The notes beneath the pieces are model-generated. The model was not told the DNA's origin and made no database searches. It was given only the letters and a program-made list of their open reading frames with translations. 64,000 nucleotides of DNA from Hormiphora californensis (lineage: Eukaryota > Animalia > Ctenophora): NCBI GenBank assembly GCA_020137815.1, contig CM035354.1, positions 930,001 to 994,000 of the forward strand, written 5' to 3'. The translations under genes were made by a program, and so were the position numbers. Positions within the stretch are counted from its first letter, which is position 1; the number at the start of each line of letters is the position of its first letter. Below, piece after piece: positions 22,702-37,289 of this stretch.

Positions 22702-23338
22702 CTAAACTAACTAACTAAAACCATGACAAACAGTCGCACAATTGACACAAACAGAACAAGATCCACATTTCTTTATCTTACCTAAGTTCAATTTCACAGG
22801 GTAAATTCTAGGAGGCAGCAGTTGTTTGGTTGACAATCAAATAACATGCAAACTAAAAACTGGATTTGTAAAAACTGGATTTGTGAAATAGAGCGAGATA
22901 TTTATAGGGCGAAGCTTGGAGAGACAAAAACAGAAGCAAATGCTGCAGTGATCAACTGTATTGATGCAGTCAAGTGAGTAGCTGTATATGTGATCATGTG
23001 TTCATCACAGATCATGTGAAAATATACCACAGAACATGTAATCAGAGCAGTGGGAAATAATGGGAAATTACAAAGCTATATATACTGAGTAGGTGACGTG
23101 AACAAGACATTGTTTGTCATATAATCCGGTATATGTACTGCCCCCTAACAGACCCCCGCCCCCTAACTAAATATGCCCCTAACAGCTAACTGTGTGCTGC
23201 CCCCTGATAGTGTATGTGTGTCACACTAGATGGTGTATTGGGAGTGTGCCGACTGCATGTCCTATAGGAAGTGGCACTAGAGAAGCTGTAAGTAGGTGTC
23301 ACATTGCACCTGATTATTGTACTGATTAGGAACTGGAA

Positions 23339-24174
<836 letters not shown>

Positions 24175-24539
24175 GGTCCACCTGCCACCACCTCCAATCG
24201 GTTTCCCCCGGGCAACGGGGTCACACGGAGTACCTTTTTCCCCATCCCCTTTTCCCCCTGTTCGATTTCCAGGTCCGTGTGGCCGCGGCTGAGCGTGGCT
24301 GTGTATTATAAATACGGAAAAAAATCAAAAAATACAAAACCCAAAAACATCTTCTTGGCTAGGCGGCCCACAGTGTAACGACGCCAACTATTACGTTCCT
24401 ACCCCGCCTTCTCCGGCTCAGGGTTACCAGTGGAACAGGCATCTTCCAGCCAACTGTGGACCTCCATTGCCCCTTTATCTACTAACCCACTAACCAATCC
24501 TGATTTTTTCCTACTAACCCCCTAACCAGATTCATTAGT

Positions 24540-25280
24540 AGAGCCCCGCTCCGGGGAGGATAGACTATCCCGGTCCAGAGAAGATCGATTACCCAGTTCC
24601 AGAGAGGAAAGATAGCCCCGTTCCGGGGATGATAGTTCCCCCCCCCCCCCCCCCCCCCGGAGGATAGTTTACCCTGTTCCTGAGAGAATAGTTTGCCCCG
24701 TCCCTGAGAGGATAGATTTGGCCCCGTTCCAGAGAGGATCGATCACCCAGTTCCGGGGAGGAAGGATAGCCCCGTTCCGGAGAGGATAGTTTGCCCCGTT
24801 CCTGAGAGGATAGTTTACCCCCCCCCCCCCCCAAGAGGATAGTTTACCCTGTTCCTGAGAGAATAGTTTGCCCCGTCCCTGAGAGGATAGATTTAGCCCC
24901 GTTCCAGAGAGGATCGATTACCCAGTTCCAGAGAGGAAGGATAGCCCCGTTCCGGAGAGGATAGTTTGCCCCGTTCCTGAGAGGATAGTTTACCCCCCCC
25001 CCCCCCAAGAGGATAGTTTACCCTGTTCCTGAGAGAATAGTTTACCCCGGCCCTGAGAGGATAGATTTAGCCCCGTTCCAGAGAGGATCGATTACCCAGT
25101 TCCAGAGAGGAAAGGTTGCCCCGTTCCACAGAGGATAGTTTGCCCCGTTCCTGAGAGGATAGTTTTACTCCCCCCCCCCCCCCCAAGAGGATAGTTTACC
25201 CTGTTCCTGAGAGGATAGTTTAACCCGGCCCTGAGAGGATAGATAACCCCGTCCCTGAGAGGATAGTTTACCCGTCCCGG
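24540..25280. repeat. ~22-bp minisatellite (AGAGGATAGTTTRCCCCGTTCC-like) with ~180-bp higher-order period marked by poly-C units
   Basis: Repeated gagaggatag..ccccgttcc units; poly-C units at ~24640, 24820, 25000 and 25175. Confidence 0.9.
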
Positions 25281-25513
25281 AGCTTTACACACACCCGAAC
25301 GCTGAAAGTGTCGGTTCGTGCTGAAAAGCTGAAAGGATGGACGGGCAAACCATCTACTAACGGACCAAATGTGGCGGTGGGATTCCGTTACCGCTGTGCA
25401 CCGGTGGCAGTGTTAAGACCCCCAAACCCGGCTCTTCTTCTAACAAACCGATGACTATGTATACACAGTGATTGGTTTGAAACTCACCCCCAAAACTTAC
25501 TCATCTTTTCGAC

Positions 25514-28500
25514 ATGAGTACTAACACCCGTAAACCAAGGAAGGTCTGGTCTAAGCAAGAGAACCTAGACTTGGTGTACTGCTACTACAGCAGCAACCCA
25601 GGCACATCCGGATCCTGGAAGAGGCTCGAACGCCTATGGGAAGACAAGGGACACGACCCATTAACAGGTGCCAAACTCTCAAGCCAGTTCAGATCAATAG
25701 AGAAATCTGGACACATGGTAACACCACAGGAGATGGCTGATCAGCGAATGCTAGCAGGGCTAGCAGCATCTGGCCTAAATATACTCCCGGAAGTGGACCT
25801 CACGGTGAATGATAACACTGCGGGTCCGAGCACCTCGGCCAGTGGGGACACCGACACCCCACCCCCACCACCACCCCCAACTAGAGCGCCACGAACGAAA
25901 TGGACCACTGAAATGAACATTACGCTCGTGTTCATCCACTCGTACTCACAACCGGACAAAAGAGGAGTATGGACCCGAGTGGAGGAAAGGTGGTCAAAGA
26001 CAACCTACCCTTCGAAGACTGATGACCAGCTTAGATCCCAACTGAGATCTATAACTCAGTCGGGACTCCTTTCACCACAGAAGCTGATGGAAATCAGAAC
26101 AGCGGCCATAGCCGACCGTGAAGAAACTGAATCGGCACGACAGGCTGTGCTAGAAGACAACCCACCCCCAGAAGCCATTGAACCCCCCACAAACCCAGTG
26201 GAAGAGGAAGGGCCATCACCGAACCCGGAAATCAGGGAGCAGTTCAAGAAACTACTCGAGGAACCAAGCTCCATCAAAGTCACTGACCTGAGACAGGTCC
26301 CCTGGGGGAAACTACGAGTGGCAATTGACCGACTCAGCCCGGTAATCAAGTCTTTTGAAACCCCAGACCTTACCACGTTGAACACACTACTGATGGCTGT
26401 AGCCCACGTGGTCCGAGAACAAATGGGCATTGAGGCACCTAGTGAAACTACCAGTAACTCCCCCAGACAGAACAAGCAACCGATGTGGCTGCGACGACTT
26501 GAAGAAAGTGTTGCCAAACTTCGCTCAGACCTCTCCAGGCTGACCGAAATGAGCAGAGGAGCCACCCAGAAGTTCCAAACTATAGATACTATCTATAGAA
26601 GATACCCACTCCTGCCCAAGAAAGGCTATAAGCAAGTAATAGAGGAGGTCAAACAGAGATTGCTAGCGAAGGCCGGGAAGATAAGACGATACAAGAAGAA
26701 GCAGCAGACCTTCGCTGACAATAACCTGTTTCAGAACAACCAGCGCAACTTCTACAGAAAGTTGGAGAAACGAGGATCGGACCCCATACCGCATGAATCT
26801 ACACCAGAGGACCAGACGAGGACACTTAACTTCTGGAAAGACATATGGGAGAATGACGTCGGCCACAACACTGAAGCGGAGTGGTTAGATGACATCCAAG
26901 AGAACTTTGAGGAGGTCAACCAGCAAGAGGAATTCCAGATCACCACGGAAAGAGTGTCTGCCCGTGTGAAGGGAATGACCAACTGGTCGTCCCCAGGTAT
27001 AGATGGCCTGCATGCCTTCTGGATCAAGCACACAACTTGTCTCCATGGACGGATAGCTGAGCTGCTCAATGAAAGTCTTACTACAGGCCAGGTCCCAGGA
27101 TGGATGACTGAAGGCAGAACATACCTGCTGCTAAAAGACCCCAAGAAAGGAATGAGCGATCCGGGGAACTTCAGACCCATAACCTGCCTCCCAAACCTCT
27201 GGAAGTTATACACAGGAATGCTGTCAGAAGAGATATACCTACACCTCGACGTAAACAGACTCTTCCCTGAAGAGCAAAAGGGGTGCCGTAAGAAGAGCAG
27301 GGGATGTAAAGAACAGTTAGCAATTGACAAACTTATCCTACGTCATTGCAAACGTACAAAGTCTTCTCTGTATATGTCCTACATCGACTACCAGAAAGCA
27401 TATGACTCGATTCCACACTCCTGGATCCTGAAGTCAATGGAGATGTGCAAGATAAACCCTCAGATAATCCGACTATTCGAATCATCGTTCCAACAGTGTG
27501 TTGTTAATATAGTCCAATCTGGCTCAGCCTTAGGCCAAATACACATCAAGAGAGGCCTCTTCCAAGGAGACGCCGTCTCCCCGATTCACTTTATTATCGG
27601 CCTGATCCCCTTGTCCATGCTCCTAACTAACCAAGGAAGAGGCTACACCATATCTAACCCAGAAGCTCTAGATGCCGATATTAGTATTAACCACCGCCTA
27701 TACATGGACGACCTTAAGCTGTATGCCAGCTCAAAAGATGACCTTCAACAGCTCTTGACAGTCACCGAGAAGTTTAGCACTGACATCAACATGTCCTTTG
27801 GTCTATCCAAATGCGGAGCCCTAGACATAGTGGATGGAGTCAGAAGTCGGATGCAGGGAATAAGCCTACCGAGTGGAGACAGAATACCCGAGGTGGAAGA
27901 TGGAGGCTATAAGTACCTCGGCATCCTGGAGGTTGACCGCATTCTACATCAAGAAATGAAAGCTAAGGTCAAAATAGAATACACTCGAAGAGTCAAGAAA
28001 CTGTTGTCCTCGAGCCTGCAAGCAAGAACCTCATCACTGCAATCAACACATGGGCAATACCTGTGATACGTTACCGGTGCCGGAATACTGGACTGGTCCA
28101 CTTCCGAAGCCAGTGGACTAGATATGATTACTAGGAAGATCCTGAGAAGAGGAGTCATCAAGAACAACAGTGACGTTGACCGACTGTATGTCAGCAGGAA
28201 ACTGGGGGGAAGGGGCCTCCAGCGGATTGAAGATGTCATTGCAAAGGAAGAGACAGGACTCGTGACATTCTTCAACAATTCTACGGACCCCAGGATACGT
28301 GCCCTCCACACGGCGATGCAGACTGAGGATATGCTAACTGGACCTCCAGAAGACGCAGAAGCCCTGAAGGAAAGATTAGAGGCGGAACTTGTAGAGAAAT
28401 GGAAAAGCAAAGTGCTACATGGAAGATTCCTGAAGCAACTGGAAGAAGGGGGATGCGACCCTGATTCGACCTGGGCCTGGCTCAACAAAGAGAGCCTCAG

Positions 28501-29168
28501 CAGATATACCGAAGCCGATGTATTTGCTGCCCAGGATCAAGCCATTCGCACGAACTGGATAAAAGCTGCCATAGAGAAAGAGCAAGGAGTGACTGAGAAG
28601 TGCCGTATCTGTAACGAACACAACGAGTCGGTGGAACACATACTAAACGGATGCACGAAACTCTCCAACGGAGACTATAAGCACAGACACGATCGAGTAG
28701 CTGCCGCCCTACACTGGGGAATGTGCAAGGACTACGGCTTTCCTGCTGAATCAAAGTGGTGGAGCCACTATGCAGAAAAAGTGCTTGAGAATGAGAACTA
28801 CAAGATTCTCTGGGATTTCCACATACAGACGGACAACCCCATCCAGGCATGTAAACCTGACTTGGTCCTTCTAGACAAACTAAAGAAGGAAGCGCTACTG
28901 ATCGACGTCGCTGTACCAAAGACAGGTCAGTCTCGGACAGGGAGATGGAGAAGATTGAGAAGTACCAAGAACTTCGGAGGGAGCTCACACGAATTTGGGA
29001 ACTTAAAAAGGCCACGGTCATCCCTATCGTGATCGGAGCCCTTGGCGGAGTCAGCCCCCGACTGGAGAAGTACCTGACTGCCATAACCCGCCAAATCTAC
29101 CCCTCCCAGCTCCAAAGTCAGTCCTGTTCAACTCGATGAACACGCTCCGGAAAGTTCTCGACATGTAA
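25514..29168 (+). CDS. R4/Dong polyprotein: two Myb-like repeats, RT, CCHC knuckle, PD-(D/E)xK endonuclease (~1218 aa after repairing four 1-bp indels)
   Basis: Motifs: RKVWSKQEN.. and RTKWTTEMN.. repeats; SSPGIDG, NFRPITCL, EQKG, IDYQKAYDSIPH, GLFQGDAVSP, LYMDD, YKYLG; CRICNEHNESVEHILNGC, RHD, KPDLV..LIDVAVP..EKIEKY, LRKVL. Indels at ~28024, ~28075, ~28920 and ~29114. Confidence 0.92.
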
Positions 29169-29585
29169 TATACCTCCTGAGCTGTCTACCCCTGTATTTG
29201 TAATTAATTTATTTATATTTATACCTTTCTACCCGTTCCTGCTTGCCACTAGGTTTCCCTAGATTTAGACGATTTGTTTCTCCTGGTTCCTGATAAGTTG
29301 ACCCTTCTTAGACTCCGTTCCAGATGGTTGGGCTTCTTTCCAGATAGTTGTTAGGAGGGTCTTTTGCTCCGTCACCATGAGCTTTAATTCCCTTTATATA
29401 TTTTTCTCCTACTTTAACCCATATGTACATTGTTCAACCTACCCTTATGTACATTGTTCGATCTACCTACCTTTACTCCGCAGGCCCTCCGGGCCCTCAG
29501 ATCCAACAGGATCCGGGCTCGGGGGATTTAACCCTGTTTCCACATGGGACCTTACAGCCCCATGTGGGAGTGGTGCGTGTTGTGG

Positions 29586-29670
<85 letters not shown>

Positions 29671-29836
29671 GAGCGAGAGAGAGAGAGAGAGAGAGATACT
29701 GCAGTTGATAGGAAAAACACTGCAATGGCGGTAGTATAAAAACAGTGGACCTAATTTGATATTATCGGACGTGGAATTCTTCCAACAAAAAACAATAGGG
29801 GATTGGGGTAGGGCTTAAGAAAACGACGAGGTGTCA

Positions 29837-29879
29837 GGTGTAAAGGCCTTTCGGCTAAAATGCCATCTTCAGTACATCC
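29837..29879 (-). ncRNA. Minimal type-I hammerhead ribozyme in the Penelope pseudo-LTR
   Basis: The minus strand reads GGAUGUA-CUGAAGA-UGGC(AUUUUA)GCC-GAAA-GGCC-UU-UACACC. It has the CUGANGA and GAAA cores, stem I UGUA/UACA, stem II GGC/GCC and palindromic stem III AGGCCU, ~115 nt downstream of the GIY-YIG stop. Confidence 0.8.
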
Positions 29880-29994
29880 TACAACATAGAGAGTTAATAC
29901 AACAGGTCACAAAACACTGCCACACACACACGCACAGACCACCAAAAGAATATAAAATAAAATCAACAACAGGACCCTGCTAAAAACGACGCGG

Positions 29995-32326
29995 TTACCG
30001 TACCACTGCAATACGGTTTAGCCCATTAACTCTGGTCCCAAACGATTCAATAAAAAATTCCTCAAACCTATCTAACTCCATGGCCGACACCCGTTTTACT
30101 ATCCCAATCCTAAAAGAGGAAATACTAAAATTGTCTTTGTCTCTATGTTTGAGGAAACAGTGGTATGAAAGGGCACTTTGTTCGAACGCGAGTTGGTCAG
30201 TTTTAAACTTGGAGCGGTGGCCGTTCATCCTTATATGTAATGCCGAGTGGGTTTGCCCAAAGTAGGATTCCCCACAAATTACACAATTAGCCACATAGAT
30301 GACCCCTGATGACTTGCACGTCAATCTTAAGTCCAATTTCAAACAAGAGCCGTTAACTACTACTGTCTGAGGGGTTTCGAATAAGATGGGACAGGTCTTA
30401 CAGCCTTTTCCATTACACCGTTGATTTTGTGGGGTGATTGTAGGCTGTGACTCACTCAGGCTCAACTTCCTGTTCCGAACCACCTCATTACCGATAGCAG
30501 CTCCCTTCTTCAAGGCCATTATCACCCTAGTAGGATAACCAGTAACCAAATCAATGCTCCCCTGACAATCCCTTATCAGCGCTCTTAGATCCTCTACCTC
30601 CGCAAAATATTTGACACTGTATACCAGCGTCACACCGTTCTCCGGTTCCCTCCTATTTACCTCCTCAATCCCCATAGCCCGCCGCTTAGCCAATGGTTCC
30701 AACTCATCCAAAACTTCCTTGGAGTGACCACTTCTCATGAGATCCTCACGCAGTTCGTCCAAATTTCTTTTTAAGGGTGAAGGATTGGAGTTCCTGTTGA
30801 TAATGCGGATCAATGATCATTTGAGACAGTACCACGGAACGGAACACGTGTTCCGGGTGAAAACTATCAGTTTTCAGATATAGTCTTGCATCGGTCTCCT
30901 TCCTGTATAGGGTATGGGAGACCCCTGATGATGATACTGACAAAACCATATCCAAAAAGTTCACCGTGTGGCCAACTTGATAGTCTCCAAATTTAATTCC
31001 AAGAGGACCGGTCAAGGAGTTAAGATGGTCAACAAAAATCTTGAAAGACCTCTCGGTGCCCTGCCAAAACCCGAACACATCGTCAATGAATCTTTTCCAG
31101 AAGTTCGCCTGTGTGGGTATCGCCCTTGGTAGCTTGAAGAACAGCAGGTAGTGCAGCGTTATGTCTGCCACCTGCCGGGATATACAATTCCCCGTCGGGA
31201 TCCCCTTCACTCCTTTGTAGACCGTTCCCCTGAATGTGACAAATGATTCCTTCAGGATCAGAGCTGTGAGATTACGTACAGTAGTTGCTACATCCAGAGG
31301 TGTTCTGCAGTTCCTTAAAGCATCGTCCAAAGCTTCCAGGGCCAGGTTCGGGTCTATACTGGGGTACAAGGCTATCACATCTAGAGTGAATAGCCTCATC
31401 CCTGAGTAAGATGTCATATTCAAACTCCTAAGCTGTTCGAGAAGGTCGTCCGAATCTAACAGGAACTCCTGCTCACAGTAGAGCCTACTAATTTCCGTAA
31501 GAGCGGGAGCCAACCATTTTTCTAATCTGTAAAAAGGCCCCATCCTAGTAGCATGTACCAATCTAGTCGGCGGCGTCACCTTAGCCTCGATGTCCTCCTT
31601 ACTCAACTTGTGAATTTTGAAGAGCGGGTAGACATAAGGGGTCATCGCTCTGAATACCGGGGAGGTTACCATATTGTCCTGGTGGTTGAGACCAGTGATG
31701 AGTTTTTTGTCGAGGTTCTCCAACCTTCCTGCAGCGTTCTCTGCTCTTACAGTATCCTTGATTACGGCCGTTGTCCTAGCCATATGGACCTCGACTGGTA
31801 CCTCTAGCTTCTGAAATACACTTTCATCCCTCAAGGCGGCTTCAACGGTTCCCAAAACTACGTCATAGTCGAGAATAAGGGTTGCTCCTCCCTTATCCGC
31901 CTTCGTTATGAACAGAACTTCTTCTTTCAATTTCTTCAGCAGCCAATTCTTCCCACAGCGTTCCGCATTAGTCATATTCGGCTTTGCCGGTATGCCCTGG
32001 AGATTTTTCACATATCCCAACAAACGAGTCCTAACGTCGTCCAGTCCTGGGTGTGTAAAATCAGGGTGGTTCCTGGATGGGATATGCAGGTCCGGGTGTT
32101 TAGCCTGTTCCTCGGCCTCAGATCTGGTATCCATCCCCGCGTTCACCGTGTGGTGGAAAAAACCTCTCCAAGCTAATTTTCTCAGAAAGGCCTTTGTATC
32201 GAACAACAACTCTTGTTTATTGACCGATTTAGACTCAACAAAATTGAGGCCCTTGTTCAAATATAGGTAAACCTCATCCGGTATCTCGACCGACGACAAG
32301 TTCCGCACTACCGAAACAAAAAACAA
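29995..32326 (-). pseudogene. Penelope RT-GIY-YIG ORF split by a 7-bp duplication (ATTGATC) near 30808-30815
   Basis: The minus strand reads CAA ATG ATC [ATTGATC] CGC ATT ATC AAC AGG. Removing the insert joins SVVLSQMI to RIINRNS. Confidence 0.85.
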
Positions 32327-33411
32327 TGCCTCAACGACATGAATTATATTAGAAAAACAATTTAAACAGTGACAGTGGCAGTGGTTTTAAGATTGAAATG
32401 AGAGTAGAGAGAGCGGGAACACAAACGTATCACATGAACTAGTGTTATACATCAGACCATCTGTTGAACTGAAACTACACACAACTCAGAATGGACCACG
32501 AGACGAGAGAGAGAGAGAGAGGGGGGTGGAGAATATCTCAAGGGTGAGATTCGTGGGTTGAATATTTAGTAGAATTTACGACTACAGCAGCTAGTGAAAT
32601 GACAGGCTAAATAGATCGACCCGGATCAACACAGAATCATAGGAAAGCAATGGTAAAAGAAAGGAGTGATTCGATACAAGAGAGGGGGAAACATGAACTG
32701 CAAAACACCGTAATCGCATCTTTCTACACACTCTCTCGGCCTAGGTACACATAATCTCTCGTAGTGTGTAATACTGAAATGAACCTCAAGAACCTCATGA
32801 AACGGTCCCCTACTAACCACAGGGTAGATTACTCGGTCCCAAACAATAATTATTGGTAGGTACCAGCCTATTAGTTAAAGAAAAATGAGGACTGAGGGAG
32901 AGAGAGAGAGATCTGGTCAACACGAAAGAGAGAGAGAGTCATCATGTTCAACACGAGAATGCCGCACAATGAAGTCCGGATAATTATCCAGCCCGGGTGG
33001 GGGGGGGGGGTCTCCAAACCACACATGATCATGTGATGTACCCCCGCAGGGGTCAAAAAGGAACCTCGCACGTGCCACCCCCTCGTGTGAGAGATATATG
33101 GTTACTCATTAGCACATTTTACACATGCCACCCCCCCTCCCTCGTGATATGGAGATGTAGCGAGGTGCATGGCATTATGAGGTAGTTGTACAAACTAGGA
33201 GCAGAGAAAGGTAGTACGAAACGAAGAGATAGACAAAGAGTGTGGAATTATGAGAGTAGTCAGAGAGAGAGAGAGATAGATAGAGAAAGCTAAAAGAGAG
33301 GGGGCGTTTAATAACAAAGAGAGAGAGAGAGAGACAGGAAAGCGCAAGGAGCTGGGTAATAATACGCATTTAGCTGTGGACCATGCACTCAGCAGCTGCA
33401 CTGGGAAAGAG

Positions 33412-33522
<111 letters not shown>

Positions 33523-33773
33523 TAGAGTCTGGGAAGGGTATAGTGAATTAGACCTTGCACACTGCGTGCACCCCAGAGAAACATGTGGGCACGAAACTGA
33601 GAAACCCAAAATAAAATGTGAGAGACAGAAGAATTATAGGCAGAAGCTAGAGAAAATAAAGAGAGTTTTGACAAAAACATCATAACTAAACAGTAGGCAC
33701 AATTAGTATAAGTACACGTTAAGCTATTATGTACAATTGCTATAATACTGAGAGGAAGAGAGAGAAAGAGAGA

Positions 33774-33910
<137 letters not shown>

Positions 33911-35214
33911 AAAAGATAGTGATATCAGTACTGGAGCAACTGTCTAAATGATCTGACCACACGCAACTGGTACAAGCTAGCAGTGAATTGTTCTATGATC
34001 TTCCTCCATATCTCCCTCCCTCTCTCTTCCTCTCCTCCCTCTCTCTTCCTCTCCCTTCTGGCTCTATCTTTATTTCTATGCCTTTCTCACGCCGTTTATA
34101 TGTTTCAGGCTGCGATGTACAAAACTAAACGTAGGGCCTGTGCCTTAGCGGGACACCGCTTGCCTGCCCTTTCTCTCTCTCAGCCTCTCTCACTCTCTCT
34201 CTCTCTCTCTCTCTCTCTCATCGTGTCTAGTATAGCACCACAATTAAACGCCCCCTCTAAATTGAGGGCGGCATGCAGCAAATTAATCAGAACACGGTCT
34301 GGGACACGTACTGCTGCTGCATGTGGTGTGTGAACCATGTCAGAACATGAAGGAACCAGCTACTCACTATGGCATGGTCTAGCTATTGGGGAGAACAACC
34401 ATGTACTCAAGGAGACAAGAGTTCAGAATAGTGTTTAATTTAGCCAGGGCTCGGGGAAGAAGCATAGAACCTAGTCTGACGACAGTGATAGGAACAACCT
34501 GGTCTTCCTATGAGAAGGAGAAGGAGAAGGAGCCTGGTAACGTACACGTGTAATAATATGCTATACCAGGTCAGCTGTCAATATGTTATAGAGGCTTTAG
34601 GAAGAGAGGGAGGGAGTGAGGGAGAGAGAGAAAAAGGCACGTGCATGACAGTTACTTATCAGCTTTCTTGAAGCATGTGGTCCCAGCTGTAGACAGAAGT
34701 AAAAACGATGAACACGGAGAAATAGAGTGAGATGGAATTGGGTACGATAGATGCAACTTACAAAAGTTTCGAAAAAAGTCGATGAATGTCTTGCATCACA
34801 GACGATCAGCTAAAATCAATGCTGCAAGGGGCAGCAAAAAGCATATCTGAGAGTTTGAGATTTCTATAATGAGTGCGAATGAGACAAAAGGTAGCTCAAA
34901 AATGGGTAATCAAGACAAATAAGTAAACACACACACGCATTGGGCAAGCTCAATGTTTAGAGCTATTCTCCAGCTGGGTATAGGGCTGAGGTACTGGCAA
35001 GATATAGTAGGATCGCTATTGCCCACATGTCAAGTTCATTCGGATATACGAGTTTAAAAGGTTGGGTGGGCTTCTCACTTTACATTCACCCTCTTGACTT
35101 TCTTAAGATACTATGCACGCCCAACAAACAAATCAGTATTATAAGCAGGAGGCCAAATGACACTGTACAACCTGAGAAAGGGGTTCAATTATGAAATAGC
35201 CAATTACACACATG

Positions 35215-35268
<54 letters not shown>

Positions 35269-35589
35269 CTTACACACGCAGCAGCTCACATACATAAACG
35301 GTAAACCACGTGTACAAGCGTATGAATACCAAAAGCAAAATGGTACAAGATCTCACTGCAACAAGAATCAAAAGGGAGGGGGGGAGGAGGGGACACAACA
35401 AGATCACTCAAACTCTACATTCCTATCACAACTACTGATAAGCAGAATGATCGAGAGAGAGAACAGTAACTTAAACAGTGTCCCATGATCTATTGAATAT
35501 CAGTACTGCACTAGACAGATGAGTAGTTGCCGATATTGAGGGAGCTGTGTGTCTAAAGCCTCGAGATAAACATGTGGACAAAGAGTGGT

Positions 35590-35676
<87 letters not shown>

Positions 35677-35818
35677 TGAGAGAAACATAAAGGGAAACTA
35701 ACAACAAAGGACTCAGAGCAGACACCCACTCACAATACACTGAGCTCAGCATCATCACTCAACTATTCTTTGGTACCTACATGAATTATGGAGCTCTGGA
35801 TAAGGGCAGAGAGAGGGG

Positions 35819-35886
<68 letters not shown>

Positions 35887-36278
35887 TCTGGTACGTTAGA
35901 ACTCTCTCATTCAGGACAAGGACCGGTACCCATTTTTCATGAAACTTCTTCGAAAAAGACGCTCTTTACCGGTGAGCAGCTCATACTAAACCTTACCTTG
36001 AAGCAAGTAGTGAACATGCCAAGAGGGGAGGGAGGGAGGGCTGCTGTGCGTAGTGAAACAGAGAAAGACGCTTGCAGAGTAGCAGCAGATACACGGAGAG
36101 AGAGAGAGAGAGATAAAGCAGAGAGATAGTTCGTAGAGCACCTGACAGTATTGGTACACACACAAGCCTGCCAATCGGTGTAGTTTAAACTCTCTCTGTG
36201 TCTCTCTGTCTCTCTCTCTGCTGGTCACGTGATATGTACTCGGCACGCCCCTTGAAGCTGTGTAAAACTCAGGAACAT

Positions 36279-36292
36279 GTTGCTATGGAAAC
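36279..36292. promoter_or_regulatory. Canonical RFX X-box match GTTGCTATGGAAAC
   Basis: Matches the GTTNCY-AT-GGNAAC consensus; no target gene assigned. Confidence 0.35.
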
Positions 36293-36346
36293 CTCCACCT
36301 GCTTGTAGCAAGAGAGAGTTAGATAGATGAAGATAGATAGAGATAG

Positions 36347-36490
<144 letters not shown>

Positions 36491-37289
36491 TGGTTATATC
36501 CGGGAAACGGAATTGCACAGAAACAGTTCGGAGCACCAGTTTTTACCAAGCTTCTCCATGCGCATGTCTAATTTAAAAATATATATTTTTGAAAAAAGTC
36601 TTTGAATTACATAAACTCTACCGCAAATTATATAGAGCTTCAATCTCTCCCTTCTACTTATCTTCAATTTATCTTCTTAATCTTACCGCTCAATATACGC
36701 ATATTGTTCAAGAAAACCTCTAATTGATGAGCAATCACTGCGCTGGCAAGCGCAAAGGTGACCACCACCTCCCCCCAGCCGCGCGTGCCAGAAAGCAGTA
36801 ATAAGTTTTTTCAGTTATTAGCCAAAAATGGCATTTTGCGACGCCCATAGCGAGGCCCCCACTGCACCAATCGGTCTGAAATTTGGTATACAGTGTCACG
36901 TAGACTAGATCTACTGGAGTTTAAAAGGACAAGTCTCTATCTCTTTTAGTTTTAGAGTTATGACATGGTGAAAAAAGCAATAAATGTCCGTGTCACTGCG
37001 CTGGCAAGCGCAAAGGTGGCCCCATCCAACTCCCCGAAAAAAATTCCCCCAAAAAACGGCCCGCTTGCTCACAGCGTATATATAGTTATTTCATACTTTT
37101 AGCCCATTTTGGCACTTTTTGACACGCCATAACTCCGGAACCGGATGAGCTAAGAAGCTGAAATTTTGTACTCAGAAGCTTATTGTAGACATCTATCGAT
37201 GGTAAAATTTTCAAGTGGCGAGCTCATTTTGTTCAAAAGTTATAACACTACCCCCAAAACAGAAAATTCAGTGTGGGGATAACTAGGTT

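Larger units (their letters stand above)
24175..29588 (+). mobile_element. R4/Dong-clade RLE non-LTR retrotransposon unit bounded by (GA)n tracts
   Basis: A single large ORF (25514-29168) with 5' and 3' non-coding flanks. (GA)n begins immediately after 29588 and purine tract ends at ~24174. Outer boundaries are inferred. Confidence 0.65.
29830..32326 (-). mobile_element. Penelope-like element, canonical RT + C-terminal GIY-YIG, 5'-truncated
   Basis: RT ORF 30746-32326 (KGLNF, KADKG, KIHK, LDVIALYPSI, GIPTG, RFIDD, NFLD, YRKET). Endonuclease ORF 29995-30813 (C..C..C linker, GVIYVANC..C..YFGQT, RMNGH, E..FI..F.T..GLN). Hammerhead in the 3' region. Confidence 0.92.

Noticed and set aside
24175-24470. 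HDV-like ribozyme at the 5' end of the R4 unit
   Set aside because: GGTCCAC could pair with GTGGACC near 24456, but I could not assemble the nested double pseudoknot, and the sequence quality is poor.
26056-29084. Long antisense ORFs over the R4 and Penelope coding regions
   Set aside because: These are shadow frames of real coding sequence, with no independent motifs.
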